Shown: piece by piece, positions 7,747 through 16,962 of the stretch
Position numbering within the stretch: position 1 is the first letter of the stretch
How the letters are laid out: every line of letters starts with the position of its first letter
Assembly (NCBI GenBank): GCA_038231595.1
Contig: JBBRLC010000001.1
Coordinates: 1 to 35,492, forward strand
Reading direction: 5' to 3'
DNA length: 35,492 bases
From: Candidatus Nanopelagicales bacterium
Lineage (GTDB): Bacteria > Actinomycetota > Actinomycetes > S36-B12 > JBBRLC01
Translations under genes and position numbers: made by a program
Notes under the pieces: model-generated
What the model saw: the letters and a program-made list of their open reading frames with translations, nothing else
What the model was told of the DNA's origin: nothing
Database searches by the model: none

Positions 7747-10341
7747 TCAACGTCTCCCGTTCAATCCGAGCGGCGCTATCGACTGCTTCCGCAGGAAGAA
7801 GTCGTGCAACTCGTGACCGAGCTGAGCCGCGAGAGCGCGAGCGGATTCCGGCGTCATCATCACGACGCCGTTACCGGTCGCGATGTTCACGGTGAGGTTG
7901 AACTCGACCTGACTGCGACTAACACCCGCGGCGCTGACTTGGCGCCCGGTTACAGACTGACCGAACGACAGCACCGTGCCATCGGTATCCGGCACGAACG
8001 TCTCCGGACCGACCTCGCCGACGTGGTAAACCTGACCCGCCCTGACAGGACCACCGCCCGCGCGGCCGGGGACGTTGTAGCCGCCGTTCGACGGGATCTT
8101 CGCGCCAGGGTTGAAGACGCGATTCCACGCATCCGAAGCGGCGAACAGATCCGGCACGAGTTTCTGTAGTTCAGCGCGGACGGTCGGGATGTCAGTCAGA
8201 CCGACTTGGCGCATGTACGCCGCCATCGTCTTCCAGTTCCACGTCCCGTCAGCGACCTTCGCGTTCATCGTGTCAAGGTCGGTCGCCAACCGTGCATGAG
8301 CACCGACCTGCGCCAACAGCGCGGTGCGCACGTCGAGGACGTGGCGGGCCAACTCTGCGGCAGAGGCGCCGGACCTGTTCTGCGCTGTGCGTAGATCCTC
8401 GTGCGCCTTCTTCAGCGTCTGCGCGGAAGCGGCAGCGTCACGGTTGGCCTGCACCTCCGCATCAGCGATGGTACGTCGCGCGGCCGCGATCGTGGCCGCC
8501 GCATCTTGCTCTGCCTTCGCAAGATCGGCGCGGGCCTTCTGGATGTCTTTGGCCGCTTGCTTCTCGGTCTTGACCTCGTCGGCCTTCGCCTGCTTGACCG
8601 CGGCTTGGTCGTCAAGGATCTTCTGCGCGTGCGTCGCGGCGCTGTCAGCCTGATCCTGACGGGCTCGGGTGAGGTTGGTCTCGGCGTCCTCGTAGGCGCG
8701 AGTCGCGTCAACGCCCTTGAGTTTGCCCGAGCCGATGTCCTCTTCGATGCGGCGTAGCGCCTGCTCTGCGTCGGCAACGCGCCGACCGGAATTGTCTGTG
8801 GCCGCGCGGTCTTGGGCTAGACGCTTCTCAGCGTCGATGATCTTCTGCTTCGCGGACAGAATCGACGAGGCTGCCTGCGTCTCAACATCGCGGACGTGGG
8901 CCGCTGCGTCTGCGACCCGTTGCTTCGCGTCGACTTCTGCTTTCGCAAGAGCCACTTTCGCGTCAGAGATGCGCCGAGCGTCATCCAGGGCGGTCCGTTC
9001 GGCCTGGGCCTCCGCATCTCGCAGACGTGTCTTGGCATCGGCGATGGCCTTGCCGCGCTGCTGCGCTGCCTGCGCCTGCTGGGCGTTCCAGTCGGCCGTG
9101 ACTTGCTGCGCGCGCAAGTCAGCCTGAGCAACGCTCAATTGATCCTGGGCGAGATTGAGGACGGCAGCGTTCTCGTCCTTGATGTCTTGCTCTGCCTGCT
9201 TCGCCGCGGCTGCTTGCTTCTCCGCCGCGAGGGTCGCATCGAGGATTGCTTTGCGGTTGAACTCAGCGGCTGTCGCGGACGCCTCATTCGCCTGACCGTA
9301 CGCGAACACCGCGGCGGTACCGACACTCATCCACGACGCAAGCGCTTCGATCGCGCCGGTTACCGTCTTGCTTGACCCGCCGAGACTGTCGAACTTATCA
9401 ACGATACCGGAGAGGCCAACTGAGATACCGGAGAGGCCAACTGACGCATCGGTGAGAACGGGCGTAAGAGTGCCACCGACGTTGATCGACAACTTGTTTA
9501 GCGAGTCAGACAGTTCATTGGCGGCGATCTTGAACGCCCGCGCGTTCTCGATTTCTTGCTGATTAAGCAACGGGTTGGAGTTCTCTGCGGCGCGGTACAG
9601 CTCCTCGATGCCCTGCTTGCCCTGCTTGAGGAACGGCAATAGGACTTGCCAACCGCGGCCGAACGCGGCAGTGCCCAACGCGGCACGATTTGAGGCATCG
9701 TTGCTGTGCGCGAAAGCGTCGGCGACGTTGCCGAGAGTCTTGGTGAAATCAAAGGTGCCATCGGACGAGCGGGCAACTTCCACGCCGAACTTGTCGAGTT
9801 TGCCCGCCTCGACGTTGCGCCCGAGCCGACCAAACGCAACAGATGCGTCGTCGACACTGACACCGACAAGGCCCAGGGCCCCGACAAGGCGCGACGAGTC
9901 CTCTGCTGATGTTTTGGTGACCTCTTGGACGTGTTCAACTTTGTCGGCGTAGGCGATGAAGTTTGCGACGCCCTTCTTCGCGACCTCGGCAATCGCCAAC
10001 ACGCCAATCGCAGCGCCAGCTATCCCGGCACCCGCCGCCATCGACAGCCCGCCGACTCCGGCGAACTTGCCCCCCAGCGAGTCCAAGCCCTTTCCAGCAT
10101 CGGCAGCCGCGACACCGAGACCGCCAGTAAGCCTCGTTTCTAGTGCCTGAACGCCCTTCGCGCCGACGTTGCCCGCAGGACCCATCGCGGCGAGTTGCTG
10201 ACTAAGGGTGCCGATCTTCTTCGCTGACGCCTCAGTCTTGACGCCAGTCGTTTCAGTCGTGGCCGCGAGTCTCGCCAGTACGCCTTCGGCTTGCGCGGCA
10301 TCAGCAACGACAACGATCTGGACACGACGATCAAATGCCAC
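7747..10341 (-). CDS. tape measure protein
   Basis: 864 aa. Gly/Ala-rich hydrophobic N-terminal part and a long Ala/Gln/Asp/Lys coiled-coil region. Lies immediately upstream of the minor tail genes. Confidence 0.9.
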   Translation of the reverse strand: MAFDRRVQIVVVADAAQAEGVLARLAATTETTGVKTEASAKKIGTLSQQLAAMGPAGNVGAKGVQALETRLTGGLGVAAADAGKGLDSLGGKFAGVGGLSMAAGAGIAGAAIGVLAIAEVAKKGVANFIAYADKVEHVQEVTKTSAEDSSRLVGALGLVGVSVDDASVAFGRLGRNVEAGKLDKFGVEVARSSDGTFDFTKTLGNVADAFAHSNDASNRAALGTAAFGRGWQVLLPFLKQGKQGIEELYRAAENSNPLLNQQEIENARAFKIAANELSDSLNKLSINVGGTLTPVLTDASVGLSGISVGLSGIVDKFDSLGGSSKTVTGAIEALASWMSVGTAAVFAYGQANEASATAAEFNRKAILDATLAAEKQAAAAKQAEQDIKDENAAVLNLAQDQLSVAQADLRAQQVTADWNAQQAQAAQQRGKAIADAKTRLRDAEAQAERTALDDARRISDAKVALAKAEVDAKQRVADAAAHVRDVETQAASSILSAKQKIIDAEKRLAQDRAATDNSGRRVADAEQALRRIEEDIGSGKLKGVDATRAYEDAETNLTRARQDQADSAATHAQKILDDQAAVKQAKADEVKTEKQAAKDIQKARADLAKAEQDAAATIAAARRTIADAEVQANRDAAASAQTLKKAHEDLRTAQNRSGASAAELARHVLDVRTALLAQVGAHARLATDLDTMNAKVADGTWNWKTMAAYMRQVGLTDIPTVRAELQKLVPDLFAASDAWNRVFNPGAKIPSNGGYNVPGRAGGGPVRAGQVYHVGEVGPETFVPDTDGTVLSFGQSVTGRQVSAAGVSRSQVEFNLTVNIATGNGVVMMTPESARALAAQLGHELHDFFLRKQSIAPLGLNGRR
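9403..9444. repeat. perfect 21-bp tandem duplication inside the tape measure gene
   Basis: GATACCGGAGAGGCCAACTGA occurs twice back to back. The duplication is in-frame and encodes the repeated 7-aa unit GLSGISV (protein reads SVGLSGISVGLSGIVD). Confidence 0.9.
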
Positions 10342-10359
10342 GACGCGTCCCCAATCTTG

Positions 10360-10962
10360 TCACTGATAGAACACGTTTCGCTGCAACAGTGCTTCGATCG
10401 CGTGGCCGTACTCCGCGATCACCACGTCGTGGGTGTCGCGCACGGCCGGATGTAGGAAGTAGCCGACGCCGTTCTCGGTATCCGGTGCCCACTGATTGCC
10501 GCGCCAGTCCTTGAACTGATTCCAGCCCTTAATTGCGTGCGCGCCGGTGCGGTCCTCTATGTAGCGATTGCCACGCGAATCCTTGACCGTCTTACCGGTC
10601 TTCTTGTCGACGCGGCTGCCCTGATGGGTCTGGATGCGCTTGACGCCGCGGGTGCGTTCGATGTCGTGCTTCGCGCCGAACTCAGCACCTAACGCGAACG
10701 GGTGATCGGCGTCCTCGGTGAGGTTGATGTACGCGGCCTGCGGCGTTGCCGTCGTGCGAAGTGCCTCCGATGCGCCTTGCGCTTGCCGACCAACACCTTC
10801 GGCCAGCAACTTCGCCGCTGACTCGATCGTTTTGGCCGCTTCAAGGTTGACCTTGCGGACCGCTTTGCCCAACTCTGGCGCGGTCTTTTTCAAATCCCGC
10901 GCCAGTTCCGTGAGGCCGGTGACATGGATGGCGCCACCGGCATCACGGATGGTTTCGCCCAT
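10360..10962 (-). CDS. HK97 gp10-family head-tail/tail-completion protein
   Basis: N-terminal VTGLTELARDLKKTAPELGKAV, AEFGAKHD, and GYFLHPAVRD near the C-terminus match the gp10-family pattern. Confidence 0.65.
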   Translation of the reverse strand: MGETIRDAGGAIHVTGLTELARDLKKTAPELGKAVRKVNLEAAKTIESAAKLLAEGVGRQAQGASEALRTTATPQAAYINLTEDADHPFALGAEFGAKHDIERTRGVKRIQTHQGSRVDKKTGKTVKDSRGNRYIEDRTGAHAIKGWNQFKDWRGNQWAPDTENGVGYFLHPAVRDTHDVVIAEYGHAIEALLQRNVFYQ

Positions 10963-10963
10963 C

Positions 10964-12250
10964 TCAGTAAGCGACGTCAGAAGTCACATAAGTGATTTTC
11001 ACCGGCGGGTTGGTTCCGTCATCGAGACCGGTGTATCCGCAGTTCGTGGACAGCACATCAGGCCCACCCACGGTCGGAGTTTCACCGTCGAGCTTGACCC
11101 GAGGCACATCAATCTGCACCGAGTACGGGATGACGGTGCTTGCAATTACGTCGCCAGTGAACTTGAGCTGCAAGGACAGATCGGCGTCGGCGGCGTAAGC
11201 ATCATAGAGTGCGGCGCGAGAAATGAAGTCGGCTTCTAGTGCGCCGGTGACTCCGCGCCAACCGTTACCGATCGGTTCGCTCTTCAACCCAGAGCCGCCG
11301 AGATAGAATCGGTCGACCTTCTGCGGGTTCATATTCTTGACGTTGGCCTTCTTGACCGCCGCAATTGCCGTGCCGTTGAGCAGCAATGTGGCCTGCAAGA
11401 ATGAGAACGCCGAAGCGGTAGCACCATACGTCGGGGTTGCAAGCGCCGGTCCCGGCGCCAACGTCGTACCCGGAGCGTCGGCGCCAGTGTCGGAGTAGTT
11501 GGTGACCGTGACGTTCTTCATCAACGTCTCAGCGCCAGTCGTCTTGCCGTACACGTTGTACGACAAGGCAGCGGCGACTGCGGTCCAGGTGAGGTTGTTC
11601 TTGTTGGTGCCGGTCAGCACCGCGTTGCCGGTGGCGATAACTACCTCAGCGCACGCGCCCGTCTCTCCGGCGGGCAGCACCGCAGACACGCGGTAGTAGT
11701 AACTCGTGGAGCCAGCGGTGCCCGCGGTGGCAACCGCGAGACCCGCAGGCGCGTTGGCGAGAGTCTGTTCGTCTTGGAAATCGAACGTCAACGCCAACTT
11801 GGCCAACTGGTCGGCACCGATGCTGATGTCCCAGTCGATGACCTTGCCGCCGCAGTAGGTGAAGGGGTTGTTCACCGTGTCAATCGACGGCGTCGCTTCC
11901 TGCAACGTCAACGACAGACCGGTCAGGGAGCCGGGGACGTGGACCTGAGTGTAGGCAGCACCGGCGTTCGACGCCGTCGATGAGCCGAGCATGTGCTTGA
12001 ACAGCAACCCCATCCCCGTCGCTGACAGGTCACCCTTCCAGCTGCCCTTGGCGTCGCGGGTGGAAATCTTGCGTCTGTTGGAACGTGGGTACAGTCCACC
12101 GCCACGCAGGCCAGTACCCTGAATGGTTTTTTTGTTCCGCTGGATGGTTTCGCTATCGAACTCAAGCCACCGCGACGGCGTGACAGGCACGCCGTAGGTG
12201 GTCTCTTGACCGAAGCCGATGCTGGCGTCTAAGCCGGTGCCGCTACCCAT
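10964..12250 (-). CDS. major tail (tube) protein with FN3-like insertion
   Basis: Tail-tube-like N-terminus (SIGFGQETTYGVPV…EFDSETI). Inserted YYYRVSAVLPAGETG…LTWTAVAAALSYNVYG segment. Position is upstream of the tape measure. Confidence 0.7.
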   Translation of the reverse strand: MGSGTGLDASIGFGQETTYGVPVTPSRWLEFDSETIQRNKKTIQGTGLRGGGLYPRSNRRKISTRDAKGSWKGDLSATGMGLLFKHMLGSSTASNAGAAYTQVHVPGSLTGLSLTLQEATPSIDTVNNPFTYCGGKVIDWDISIGADQLAKLALTFDFQDEQTLANAPAGLAVATAGTAGSTSYYYRVSAVLPAGETGACAEVVIATGNAVLTGTNKNNLTWTAVAAALSYNVYGKTTGAETLMKNVTVTNYSDTGADAPGTTLAPGPALATPTYGATASAFSFLQATLLLNGTAIAAVKKANVKNMNPQKVDRFYLGGSGLKSEPIGNGWRGVTGALEADFISRAALYDAYAADADLSLQLKFTGDVIASTVIPYSVQIDVPRVKLDGETPTVGGPDVLSTNCGYTGLDDGTNPPVKITYVTSDVAY

Positions 12251-12253
12251 GAC

Positions 12254-12475
12254 TTACTCCTCTTCCTTGGCCGCGGACTGCGGCTCGTCTGACGTGGCGG
12301 GTTCCGGCGTCGCCGGGGGCTTTGCGGTCTTGGGGGCGTCGCACGCCTCCCACTGACCGGATGCGATGAGCTGGACTGCGATGTCGTCACTGGCCTCGAC
12401 GGGCTCCATGCGTTCGGCGACGCCGTCTTCGAACTCGACTTCGGCGTGGATGCCGACGTAGCGGATGGTGGACAT
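12254..12475 (-). CDS. acidic hypothetical protein (73 aa)
   Basis: ATG preceded by GGAGG. Ends 3 nt before the major tail start. Confidence 0.6.
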   Translation of the reverse strand: MSTIRYVGIHAEVEFEDGVAERMEPVEASDDIAVQLIASGQWEACDAPKTAKPPATPEPATSDEPQSAAKEEE

Positions 12476-12550
12476 TGACTGCCTCCGGGCATGGTGAAGA
12501 TCCCCACACGCGGAATGCGTTGGGGCTGTGGGTGTTTCGGGGATTGAGTG

Positions 12551-13066
12551 TTAGACGCGGGTGAAGACGTACAGGCTTGCGTCGAGTCGGGCAGCGGTGC
12601 CCTCAATGGCTCTGATGTCGCGGTCGCCGACGTGTTTCATAACGGCATAGCCGGGAGAGTTGAGGACTCCACCGAGGGTTACGTCGGCGCGGAGTTGACC
12701 TTGAAGTGCCCGGTACATCGCCCAGACCGATTCTGTGGCGACGCGTTGTGCGGCCAGATCGGAGTTGCCGATCAGGTACCAGAACCGGATGCCGATACTG
12801 AAACGCTCATCGCGGGTCTTGCCGGATACGCGGTCGGGGAAGATGTTAGTTTCGTCGTCCATCCCGGTCGACTCCCCGACGAGGATCGCCGAGTTTGGTG
12901 CGCTGGAGCCGGGTGGGTCGCCGTAGTAGACGGCCGGTTTCGTGATCGGGAACGCCGTCCCTGCGACGGTCAGAGAGGCCGGGATGGTGGCCACAGCGGC
13001 AGGAAGGATCGTGTCGAACAAGGCCGCGCGAACGTCAGGAACGGCGGTGTAGAGACCGGTTGTCAC
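12551..13066 (-). CDS. neck/tail-terminator-class structural protein (positional call)
   Basis: GTG 13066 overlaps the upstream stop (GTGA). The track ORF's Arg-rich 47-aa extension lies inside the upstream gene. Confidence 0.6.
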   Translation of the reverse strand: MTTGLYTAVPDVRAALFDTILPAAVATIPASLTVAGTAFPITKPAVYYGDPPGSSAPNSAILVGESTGMDDETNIFPDRVSGKTRDERFSIGIRFWYLIGNSDLAAQRVATESVWAMYRALQGQLRADVTLGGVLNSPGYAVMKHVGDRDIRAIEGTAARLDASLYVFTRV

Positions 13067-13974
13067 GCCACGCCGATCGGGCGTTGGTTCTCGACACCGA
13101 GAAGGAAGTCGATCCGCTTGATCATCGCCTCGGAGACACCGGACGTGGCGGCCGCGGGGAGCTGCGCGTCCTGGTAGGACCCGGTTCCGCCTTTGACCTG
13201 GCGCCACATGTAGCGCACGAGTTCCTTGACCGCGAACTGGACGTTCGCTCGGGTGACGTTCACTCCGACCGTGTAGGACACGAGCACCGAGTCGAACGAT
13301 GCCGGACCTCGACCGGCGGCCATACCGAACGGCAACGCTGATGAGCCTGTACCTCGACGCGTGATCCGCCCGACGCGCGGATCGTCGATCGAGTAGCCAT
13401 AGGAGTCCACCGATGCGCCGACGGGTTGCAGAGTCAGCGTGCGAGTCGTTGTTCCGACGCGTTCGGTGATCGATTGTACCGAAAGGATCGGGGTGAAATC
13501 GGTGAGCAAGATCGGCGAACCCGCGTCATGCGCTTCGGACACGATGGTTCGCGGTGTCAAGATTCCGGCGCGGTTCTCGACAACGGGAATGGCGGAGTCG
13601 ATGAAGATCTGCAGCTCGGAATCGTCAATCGACGGCAGGCCCACCGGCGCCAGTGTCGCGATATGCGTGCGCATCTCTTCGACGGTGAGGATCGGTGTTC
13701 CGCCGGCAACGTCGAAGGCTTGCTCACGCGCGGATGCGTTCGCACCAATCGCGACCCACTTGCCCAGGTAGCGTCCGCTGAGCCCGCTCGCTGCGCTCGT
13801 GGCGTAGGGGTACGAGTATGAGCCCGCAGTGCCCGTGACTGTGAACGGACCTGCAGTGCCGCCGTCCGGTAGGACGATGGTCAGGGTGACGGTCGTCGCG
13901 TTGGCGGGAGTGCCGCTCGAATCGGTGATGAGAACTGCGAATGGGAGCACGTCGCCCACGGTGAAGGAACTCAA
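13063..13974 (-). CDS. head-tail connector (gp6-like) with N-terminal Ig-like segment
   Basis: TTG start overlaps the upstream stop (TTGA). Carries the LTVEEMRTHI…DDSELQIFIDSAIPVVENRAG pattern. Confidence 0.7.
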   Translation of the reverse strand: MSSFTVGDVLPFAVLITDSSGTPANATTVTLTIVLPDGGTAGPFTVTGTAGSYSYPYATSAASGLSGRYLGKWVAIGANASAREQAFDVAGGTPILTVEEMRTHIATLAPVGLPSIDDSELQIFIDSAIPVVENRAGILTPRTIVSEAHDAGSPILLTDFTPILSVQSITERVGTTTRTLTLQPVGASVDSYGYSIDDPRVGRITRRGTGSSALPFGMAAGRGPASFDSVLVSYTVGVNVTRANVQFAVKELVRYMWRQVKGGTGSYQDAQLPAAATSGVSEAMIKRIDFLLGVENQRPIGVA

Positions 13975-14177
13975 CTGTTCACCCCCGTCATCGTTGCGCC
14001 GCTAGAAGTTTTGGGAACCATCGATGCTGACGATTTGGCCGCATCCGTCATGGACGCTGACTGGGCCGATGCGTCGGTCATCACGCCCCGAGTCGTTGCA
14101 GGCCCCCCACCACCTGTGCCGTCGGGGTAGGTGGAGTTGTTGCGGTAGGCGACGGTTTTGCGGTAGGCGACGCTCAC
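13971..14177 (-). CDS. hypothetical protein (68 aa)
   Basis: GTG start overlaps the upstream stop (GTGA), and its stop overlaps the next start. Confidence 0.5.
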   Translation of the reverse strand: MSVAYRKTVAYRNNSTYPDGTGGGGPATTRGVMTDASAQSASMTDAAKSSASMVPKTSSGATMTGVNS

Positions 14178-14569
14178 GGCGCAACGATCGGTGTGTCAAC
14201 AACTACGGCGTCGTCAACAACAACCTGCGCGGCATCGGTTGTTGGCACATCCGATACGACCACCGATATTGCGGCGGCGAAATCTTTGAACTCCGGTGAT
14301 GTGGACGGCGAGGCGAGAAGTTTGTCCAAAGCTTGGGCGAACACGTCGGACGCTTTCGCTGCTCGAGCGGAGTCGACCGCGTCTTGCGTTTCACGGGCGA
14401 CGCCTGCCGCTTGCGCGGCAGCGGCAGCGGCGAGATCCGCCGCAATGGATCGCGTCGAGAGAATCTTCCCCGTTTCGATTTCGGTGACGACTTCAATCTC
14501 TTTCACGTTGTCGGCAACGATCTGGATGTGCCGCCCCTGATCGTCCGTGCTGGTGAGGGTGAGGATCAT
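14174..14569 (-). CDS. hypothetical structural-module protein (131 aa)
   Basis: ATG 14569 overlaps the fibre-gene stop (ATGA). The track's longer N-terminus lies inside the fibre gene. Confidence 0.6.
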   Translation of the reverse strand: MILTLTSTDDQGRHIQIVADNVKEIEVVTEIETGKILSTRSIAADLAAAAAAQAAGVARETQDAVDSARAAKASDVFAQALDKLLASPSTSPEFKDFAAAISVVVSDVPTTDAAQVVVDDAVVVDTPIVAP

Positions 14570-16761
14570 CCCAGGACCTCGACTAGTGTGACACGGACGG
14601 TGGCGGAATCGGTGAGGAAACCCCACGAGTTCGCCGCGAAGATGTTCGCGAAGCCCGGCACCGTCGCGGTGAAGAAGTCGTACGCGGTGCCGAGGAGGCC
14701 GTAAGACAGAGACGCGGCGGGGACTTTGCTGATGGTGAACTTGTGGCCGAAACGCTGAACGATGAGTTCGTCACCGGCTGCGATCGTTGGGCCGGTGCCC
14801 AAGGAGTAATCCACGGAAGAAAAGGAGTCAAGCGTTCGCATCGTGACGACCCCAGCGGAGTCAACTCGGGCGCCGAATCCGTAGATCCCGGCTGAATAGT
14901 TGAACTGCCCGATGTAAAGGAACTTGCCAGCGTCGGGCAGCGTCCCGACGACGCACTTCATTGAGAAGAAAGCCGAAGGTTGACCGTTGCTAGACAAGTC
15001 CTTCGGATATGTATAGTAGCCGAGGGTGCCGCCGGTGGTCGCTTGGAACCCGCCGGAATAGGTAAGCCCTGAGGTGGTGACGTCGCTGTTCGGCGAGGAC
15101 AAGGTTCCGGCCGCGTCGGTTACCGTGACGCGCCAACCAGGCACCACGGCGGCTAGCATCGATTCGGTACGTTGCGCGAGATAGACACGCTTTTTCCAGG
15201 TGCCACGGTTCGTGACCCATGCCCCGGCAACCTTGAAGTAGAGCAGCCCGTCTTCTGCGGTTTGCTGCTGCGAGGTGCCTTGGAGGATGTACCAGTCGCC
15301 GTCCGCGCCGAGCGTCGCTGCCGGGGTACCGGAACCTACGAACACTTTGCCCTGGGCGAGCCCTTGAGTAAATGTCAGCGCCGTGGTACCGAGGGTGATC
15401 ACGTCGTTCGTTTCCAACTTCCAGAAGGAGTTGGAATACGTGGTGCCCTCGGACACGTGGACCGCGACACCGGCTTTCATCTCCGCCGACGTGTCCGAAT
15501 CAGCCGACCGCGTCCACGCGCCACCAGACACCACGTCATAAATGCCATTGTTCGCCGCTGTCGTCTGACCCACGCATAGAACACGGTCACCAGCAACGAC
15601 AGCAACACCATCAATGGTTTGCGTGTTCGACAACGTAATGTTCGCCGTAGCAACGACACGGCAGGCGTCTTTCCAATAGATCGACGCTGCACCGGCGCCG
15701 CCAGCGGCGGCCCACTTCATGCCTGTTGTTTGAGTCGAATCCGCCGTCAACACCTGCGTGTTCGAACCCACAGCCAGGTTCGCGACCGCACCCGAACCGG
15801 TCGCACCAATCAGATCGCCCTTCGCCGTCACCGTGGCAAGTGGCACATCCTTGTTCCCCAACGCCAACGTCGAACCAGTAGACCCCGCCAACAAGGCAGC
15901 CGCCTGCGCCACCGTCAAATCAGCCGGATTCGCTGTTGAACCGGTGTTGTTCCCCTTAAGCGTTGCCGCCGCCATCTGCGCGGACTTCGCGTTCGACACC
16001 GCATTGCTGGCCACAGTCGGGTTCGGCAACGTACCGGCGAGGTCACCGCCAACAGCGGCAGCCTCACGGCCGTGTTTGTGATCAGAACGCGCCAGCGATG
16101 CCGCCGAACCGACCGCGGCGGCGTCACCCAACGCCGACGTGCCAGGCGCGGCCGTGGTCACCGCATCGGCAGCACCAGGGGCATGTGAGGCGGCGTGAGC
16201 ATTCGGGGTGCGCGCATCCGAGAGCCGCGAGTCATTACCGACCGCCGCCGACGTGCCGGTCGATCCGTAGGCCACCGTCAACGTGCGATCAGCGGACAAG
16301 TCGCCACCACCGGTCAAACCGGTACCGGCGGTGATCTGCCGCGTCGTGGGGGCTTTCGCCGCCAAATCTGTCACTAAATTGGTGGTGTCCGACTCGGCGT
16401 GGGTGTGAACTGACGCGGCTTTACCGGCCAGATCGGCGACAAGGTTGGTGGTGTTCGACTCTGTGTGCGTATGCCCCGTTGCGGCCTTACCGGCCAAGTC
16501 AGTGACCAAATTCGACGTGTCGGATTCGGCGTGAGTGTGAACTGACGCGGCTTTACCGGCGACCGTCGTATCCGAGGCGTCGAGTCGGGCCTTCACGGTC
16601 GCGGCCGCGCCCTGCGCGTTCAGCCCAAGGTTCGCCTGAACGGCCTCAACCGCCTGCGCGACACCGGTATGCAACACATCATGCTCGAAGCCAGTTGCGT
16701 CCTCAAGCGTTGCCGCGATCGGCTTCGGCAACGAGTCAAAGGCCGTGGGCCATGAAGACAT
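14566..16761 (-). CDS. fibre-like protein with three 22-aa HxH repeats and a C-terminal lectin-like (LamG-type) domain
   Basis: 731 aa. The unit AGKAASVHTHAESDTSNLVTDL occurs three times, with further HxH/HKH sites, a Gly/Ala/Thr-rich shaft, and a C-terminal beta-rich domain. Confidence 0.8.
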   Translation of the reverse strand: MSSWPTAFDSLPKPIAATLEDATGFEHDVLHTGVAQAVEAVQANLGLNAQGAAATVKARLDASDTTVAGKAASVHTHAESDTSNLVTDLAGKAATGHTHTESNTTNLVADLAGKAASVHTHAESDTTNLVTDLAAKAPTTRQITAGTGLTGGGDLSADRTLTVAYGSTGTSAAVGNDSRLSDARTPNAHAASHAPGAADAVTTAAPGTSALGDAAAVGSAASLARSDHKHGREAAAVGGDLAGTLPNPTVASNAVSNAKSAQMAAATLKGNNTGSTANPADLTVAQAAALLAGSTGSTLALGNKDVPLATVTAKGDLIGATGSGAVANLAVGSNTQVLTADSTQTTGMKWAAAGGAGAASIYWKDACRVVATANITLSNTQTIDGVAVVAGDRVLCVGQTTAANNGIYDVVSGGAWTRSADSDTSAEMKAGVAVHVSEGTTYSNSFWKLETNDVITLGTTALTFTQGLAQGKVFVGSGTPAATLGADGDWYILQGTSQQQTAEDGLLYFKVAGAWVTNRGTWKKRVYLAQRTESMLAAVVPGWRVTVTDAAGTLSSPNSDVTTSGLTYSGGFQATTGGTLGYYTYPKDLSSNGQPSAFFSMKCVVGTLPDAGKFLYIGQFNYSAGIYGFGARVDSAGVVTMRTLDSFSSVDYSLGTGPTIAAGDELIVQRFGHKFTISKVPAASLSYGLLGTAYDFFTATVPGFANIFAANSWGFLTDSATVRVTLVEVLG
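16369..16566. repeat. 3 x 66-bp tandem repeat (coding for the HxH units of the fibre gene)
   Basis: Three successive approximately 66-nt units are readable directly in the sequence. Confidence 0.85.
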
Positions 16762-16764
16762 CGA

Positions 16765-16962
16765 TCAGCGATTCGGCTTAGTACGCACACGCGTCCGCTT
16801 AGGACCGCCAGGAACGGCGGCTTCGAGCGTTTGCGTGTCCGGCGACGCGTCGAAGCGGGCGAGTTCGGCGTCGATTTGAGCGACGCGGGACGTTCGGCCC
16901 ATCGAGGCCAACATGCTTCGCTCCGCACGGAGCGCGCGGATCGTTTCTGCCCGAGTGGACAT
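16765..16962 (-). CDS. hypothetical basic protein (65 aa)
   Basis: Track ORF. Its stop is 3 nt before the fibre start, and its start overlaps the upstream stop by 1 nt. Confidence 0.55.
   Translation of the reverse strand: MSTRAETIRALRAERSMLASMGRTSRVAQIDAELARFDASPDTQTLEAAVPGGPKRTRVRTKPNR

Noticed and set aside
8111-10150. Numerous plus- and minus-strand ORFs of 60-170 aa within the tape measure gene
   Set aside because: These are shadow ORFs of a long G+C-rich coiled-coil gene. None has motifs or start context.
12229-12606. 125-aa ORF overlapping gene 12254-12475, considered as a possible frameshift (GT-like) extension
   Set aside because: It ends only 25 nt beyond the 73-aa gene and runs into the major tail start. 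Its translation is Pro/Ser/Arg-rich, and it lies upstream of the tail tube gene rather than between the tube and the tape measure.
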